Positions 5,389 through 8,334 of a DNA stretch of 8,334 nt are shown here, in pieces. How positions within the stretch are numbered: the first letter of the stretch is position 1; every line of letters begins with the position of its first letter. Made by a program: the position numbers and the translations under genes. This stretch comes from Vitrella brassicaformis CCMP3155 (lineage: Eukaryota; Protista; Chromerida), in NCBI GenBank assembly GCA_001179505.1, contig CDMY01000956.1, positions 1 to 8,334 of the forward strand. Reading direction: 5' to 3'. The notes under the pieces are model-generated. The model was not told the origin of the DNA. It was given only the letters and a program-made list of their open reading frames with translations, and did not search any database.

Positions 5389-8332
5389 TCACGGACACGG
5401 ACACGGACAAGAGCATCCCCCCTCTCTCCTGTTCTGTTTGCTGCGCTCACCTCGGAGCGAAACGCCCCGGACGGAGTCAGCGAGCGACTCGTCCATCTGG
5501 TCCTCCTGATCGCTTCTCGAGCTGTTGTCGCGTCGCCTGTTGACCACCACTGGCTGGATGCGCGCTGGCTGTATGGGCGAGAGGGTGGGCGGATTCTGAG
5601 GGACACGAGGGGTGTCGGCATCACCAGTGTCGCTGTCGTATGCGTCATTCTCGGCGTCGGCGAATGCGTCACCGTCGGGCTCGCAGCCGATATCTCTGGG
5701 CGGGTCGAGGGGATACCGCACACACTCAGGGTAGTAGTCGCTGCACGCCACCGGCCAGTTGCACGTGTGGTCTGGCACACCCACCGCCACCGTGCCCACA
5801 TCCTGCCACCGATCGGGGTTGCCGCAGTCCTTCAGGCAGTGGCAGACAGTGTAGTTCTTGGCCGTCTTGGAGACAATCTTCAGGTCGGCCCACTCCTGCC
5901 TGTAGATGAGCGCCGTGGTGGGCGAGGTGTGGCACTCGGTGGCGCCATCGCAGTCGATGCCGCCCTTGACGTCTGCCGACGCCGTGGCCCTGCCGCAGGT
6001 GGGCGGGTCGACACCTGAGGCGTTCTCGGGGGCATTGATGATCTTGAGGCGCGAGGCGATCTCGTGCTCATCGGTGGTCTGCTTGGGGAGGGCCCAGCCG
6101 GGCAGCAGCAGGGAGAACACACGGCCGGACTGCACAGTGGCCAGACCGTCACGGTGGAGACCTGCAGAACCGACCGAAATCCAATGAGTGATATTGTGTG
6201 TATGGCGTGCAGCCTGTTTGTGGTGTGGTGCTGCCGGTCACCTGAGACGGAGATTTCACCGACGTCTCTCCACTGCTTGGCCAGCTCGCAGTCGCTGAAG
6301 CAGTGGCAAATCTCGTACATGCCCGGCGTGTCGATCACGACATTCTTCCAGGTCTGAACCACATACACACCATCCATCATCCAATGTCCGTGCGCACAGA
6401 CCCACCTGATAGACCGCCTGCGTGTCTCCATTAGCGTCCATCTCGGTGATAACAAGCTGTTCCGGCGCCACCTCCAGCCCCAGCCCCTCCACCTCGTTGT
6501 CGGCATCGTAATCCAGGCAGCTGCGCTCCGCGAGGGTCACGTTGCGGCGCATCAGACGCACCCTTGACGAGTACATGAAGGCGGAGGCGGTGATACTGCT
6601 GACGGCGATGTTGAGGTCGAATGGGCGGTGTGCCTCCTCGTAGAGGTTCTTGAAGCGGTCTGTCTCGGGGAAGTAGAAGACGCCCCACTCGCCCGGTGTG
6701 GTGGCGACCTTCATACCGTAGAAGTGGCGGGGCAGCTCCAGACGCTCGAAGCGCATGTCCCTTGAAGCGTTCGTCTTTGGTCGGCGGGGACCATCACCGT
6801 CGTCGTCCTTGGTCAGCATACGCGCACACTGAATCTCAGTCGTCTGCATTCACACACGATGATGTCCCACACAAAGGCATGATCTCGCCTGTTGTCAGTC
6901 TGTCTGTGTGCCCCTCCCTCTCTGTCACTCACCTTGGGGAAGAAGAGCTGCACTTCTGGTCTGCAGGGGCGCTGGATGCGGGTGAGGCCTTCATCGCCCA
7001 CGTCGTCCTGCTCAGGCTCGGAGTCCTCGTCGCACGTGAGCTTGAGGGTGGTGGACTCGTCGTCGTCGAACATCCTCATCTCCTCCTCGACTTTCTCGGT
7101 CTCGACCACCTCGTTGTCCTCGTCTGCCGACGGGGCGGTGGTGGGGACGCTCTCGTCGTCAGTGTCGTTGCCGCGGCTCCTGTCGCGGTTTCTGCTTCTG
7201 CGGCCGCTCAGGATGCTCTGGATGGACATGCTGGTAAAGATCTGAGCAGAACTAACGTTGATGCGGTCATTGCACTCGGCATCGTGGAACAACCTGACAG
7301 ACGAGGCCAAGAGAACGTGCCAGGATGGCTGAGACAGTTGTTTGTGCGCGATATCCGTACTGTATCTCTGCGATAGTGATAGGGTCCCGGTCTTCGGCCT
7401 TGAACCGCCAGCGGTAACTCGCTGAACGAAACAACGGACACACAGGCAGGTGCGCACGTGTAAACATGTCCCATCTCTCCGCCCACCCCACCCACATCTT
7501 TCTTGGCTTACAGAATACTTCCTCGGCATCGGTTTCGCACAGGTAGGGGAGTTTCTGGGTGCATGGCCAGTCCCTGATGGCGCCGTCGGCACCGTACATC
7601 CACACGCAGTTGGCGCCGCACTCGGGGGCGCTGTTGTCGTCGGCACACTCGCCGTCGCTGCGTTTGGGCAGGTTGTTGGGCTCGTAATTCTGTCCGCGGT
7701 GGACGGCCCAATCGATGGCCCACATGTTCTCAGCGGCCGTCATGTTGGTGTTGGTCCACTGAAAGCTTCCCTCCTTGGCACGGTCGTTGAGACCGATCCT
7801 GACCGACCGACCCAACGCATACACGCGTGTTCACACCACTCACCTACACCTGAGTGTCTGGTGCGTGTGTGGCAACCGTGTAGCATCGTACCAGCAGGCG
7901 CGGTCATCGTTGGACGTTGTGCGATTGAAGCAGAGAAGCTGCGAAGACCAAAAGAGCACGCACACCCCTCCGTCCACCATACACGTCTCCTCTCTCATGG
8001 GTGCGTGTATGGTGCCTGCCCGCCTCACTGAGCTCACCTTGAGAACCTCGTTGGCGCCAACGCTGCCGATGGTGGCAAGGTGGCCTCCCTTGTCCTGGCA
8101 CTGCTGTTCGGCCTGCTCCCAGCCCAGCGGAGAGGTGAACTTGGCAAAACACCTCCCCCCGTACCAGAAAAAGCCTTTCGGGCACGAAGACCTGCACACC
8201 ACACGAACAACTCAGTTCGCCCCTCCCAAGCTCGGCAGGCCTCTGAGTGATCTCACACACTTACGTGGGGAAGGCAGATGCGCTGCCGACGAGCGCTGCG
8301 ATAGCCAGCAGCCATGCCAGTGACGACTGCAT
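5389..8332 (-). CDS. Gene B: secreted multidomain C-type lectin (about 766 aa) with signal peptide, CTLD, discoidin/F5-8C-like region with acidic inserts, two Cys-containing repeats and a low-complexity tail ending GCSCPCPCP
   Basis: Manual exon model on the minus strand: 8332-8265, 8191-8038, 7938-7892, 7798-7512, 7421-7361, 7293-6933, 6843-6406, 6353-6242, 6161-5389 (2301 nt, introns 52-99 nt, all GT-AG, phases consistent). Splicing restores the CTLD motif W-IGLND across the intron at 7799-7891. The 3' end is uncertain because a GTGAGT donor overlaps the stop. Confidence 0.88.
5780..6621 (-). repeat. Two internal protein repeats of gene B ending Y-x-[IV]-CHC-x-x-DC-x(5-6)-W-x-DVG-x-[IV]-x-V-x?-G
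   Basis: YSSRVRLM..C..TWKNVVI..YEICHCFSDCELAKQWRDVGEISVSG versus IASRLKII..CG..EWADLKI..YTVCHCLKDCGNPDRWQDVGTVAVG. Confidence 0.8.
6685..7421 (-). other. Possible discoidin/F5-8 type C-like beta-sandwich region with acidic insertions
   Basis: SYRWRF..ITIAEIQLF, MFDDDEST (resembling AFDG..ST) and VQLFFP..EIQCARM are motif-level resemblances only. Confidence 0.4.
7534..8184 (-). other. C-type lectin domain of gene B (split over three exons)
   Basis: CPKGFFWYGGRCF..WEQAEQQCQDKGGHLATI..WIGLND..EGSFQW..EPNN..C..D..C..YLCE matches the long-form CTLD pattern. Confidence 0.92.
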
Positions 8333-8334
8333 CC
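8206..8334. repeat. Terminal direct repeat, right copy (identical to 1-129); contains exon 1 and most of intron 1 of gene B
   Basis: Direct sequence comparison with 1-129. Confidence 0.97.

Noticed and set aside
7450-8323. Plus-strand ORFs 7450-8031 and 7775-8323
   Set aside because: They are antisense shadows of the GC-rich lectin exons.

Overview
Eukaryotic nuclear-type DNA: GC-rich, with short GT-AG introns (mostly 52-99 nt) that carry (TG)n tracts before the acceptors. This style suggests a protist such as a chromerid (Vitrella-like), but the organism is inferred, not shown. Two intron-rich genes can be built by hand with consistent splice phases, and both encode signal-peptide proteins. 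Gene A (+, 450-2927, about 535 aa) is an unknown helical protein with 11-residue repeats and a Cys-rich C-terminus. Gene B (-, 8332-5389, about 766 aa) has a C-type lectin domain, a discoidin-like region and two internal Cys-containing repeats. Bases 1-129 are identical to 8206-8334, so the window is one 8205-bp unit of either a circle or a tandem array. Across that junction the genes sit head-to-head, with 322 bp between the ATGs and a telomere-like box in between. Their 3' ends face each other across about 2.4 kb of repeat-rich DNA containing a ~400-bp duplication, a perfect 40-bp palindrome and a purine-pyrimidine alternating tract. I recognised no transposase, Rep, RNA gene or CRISPR array.
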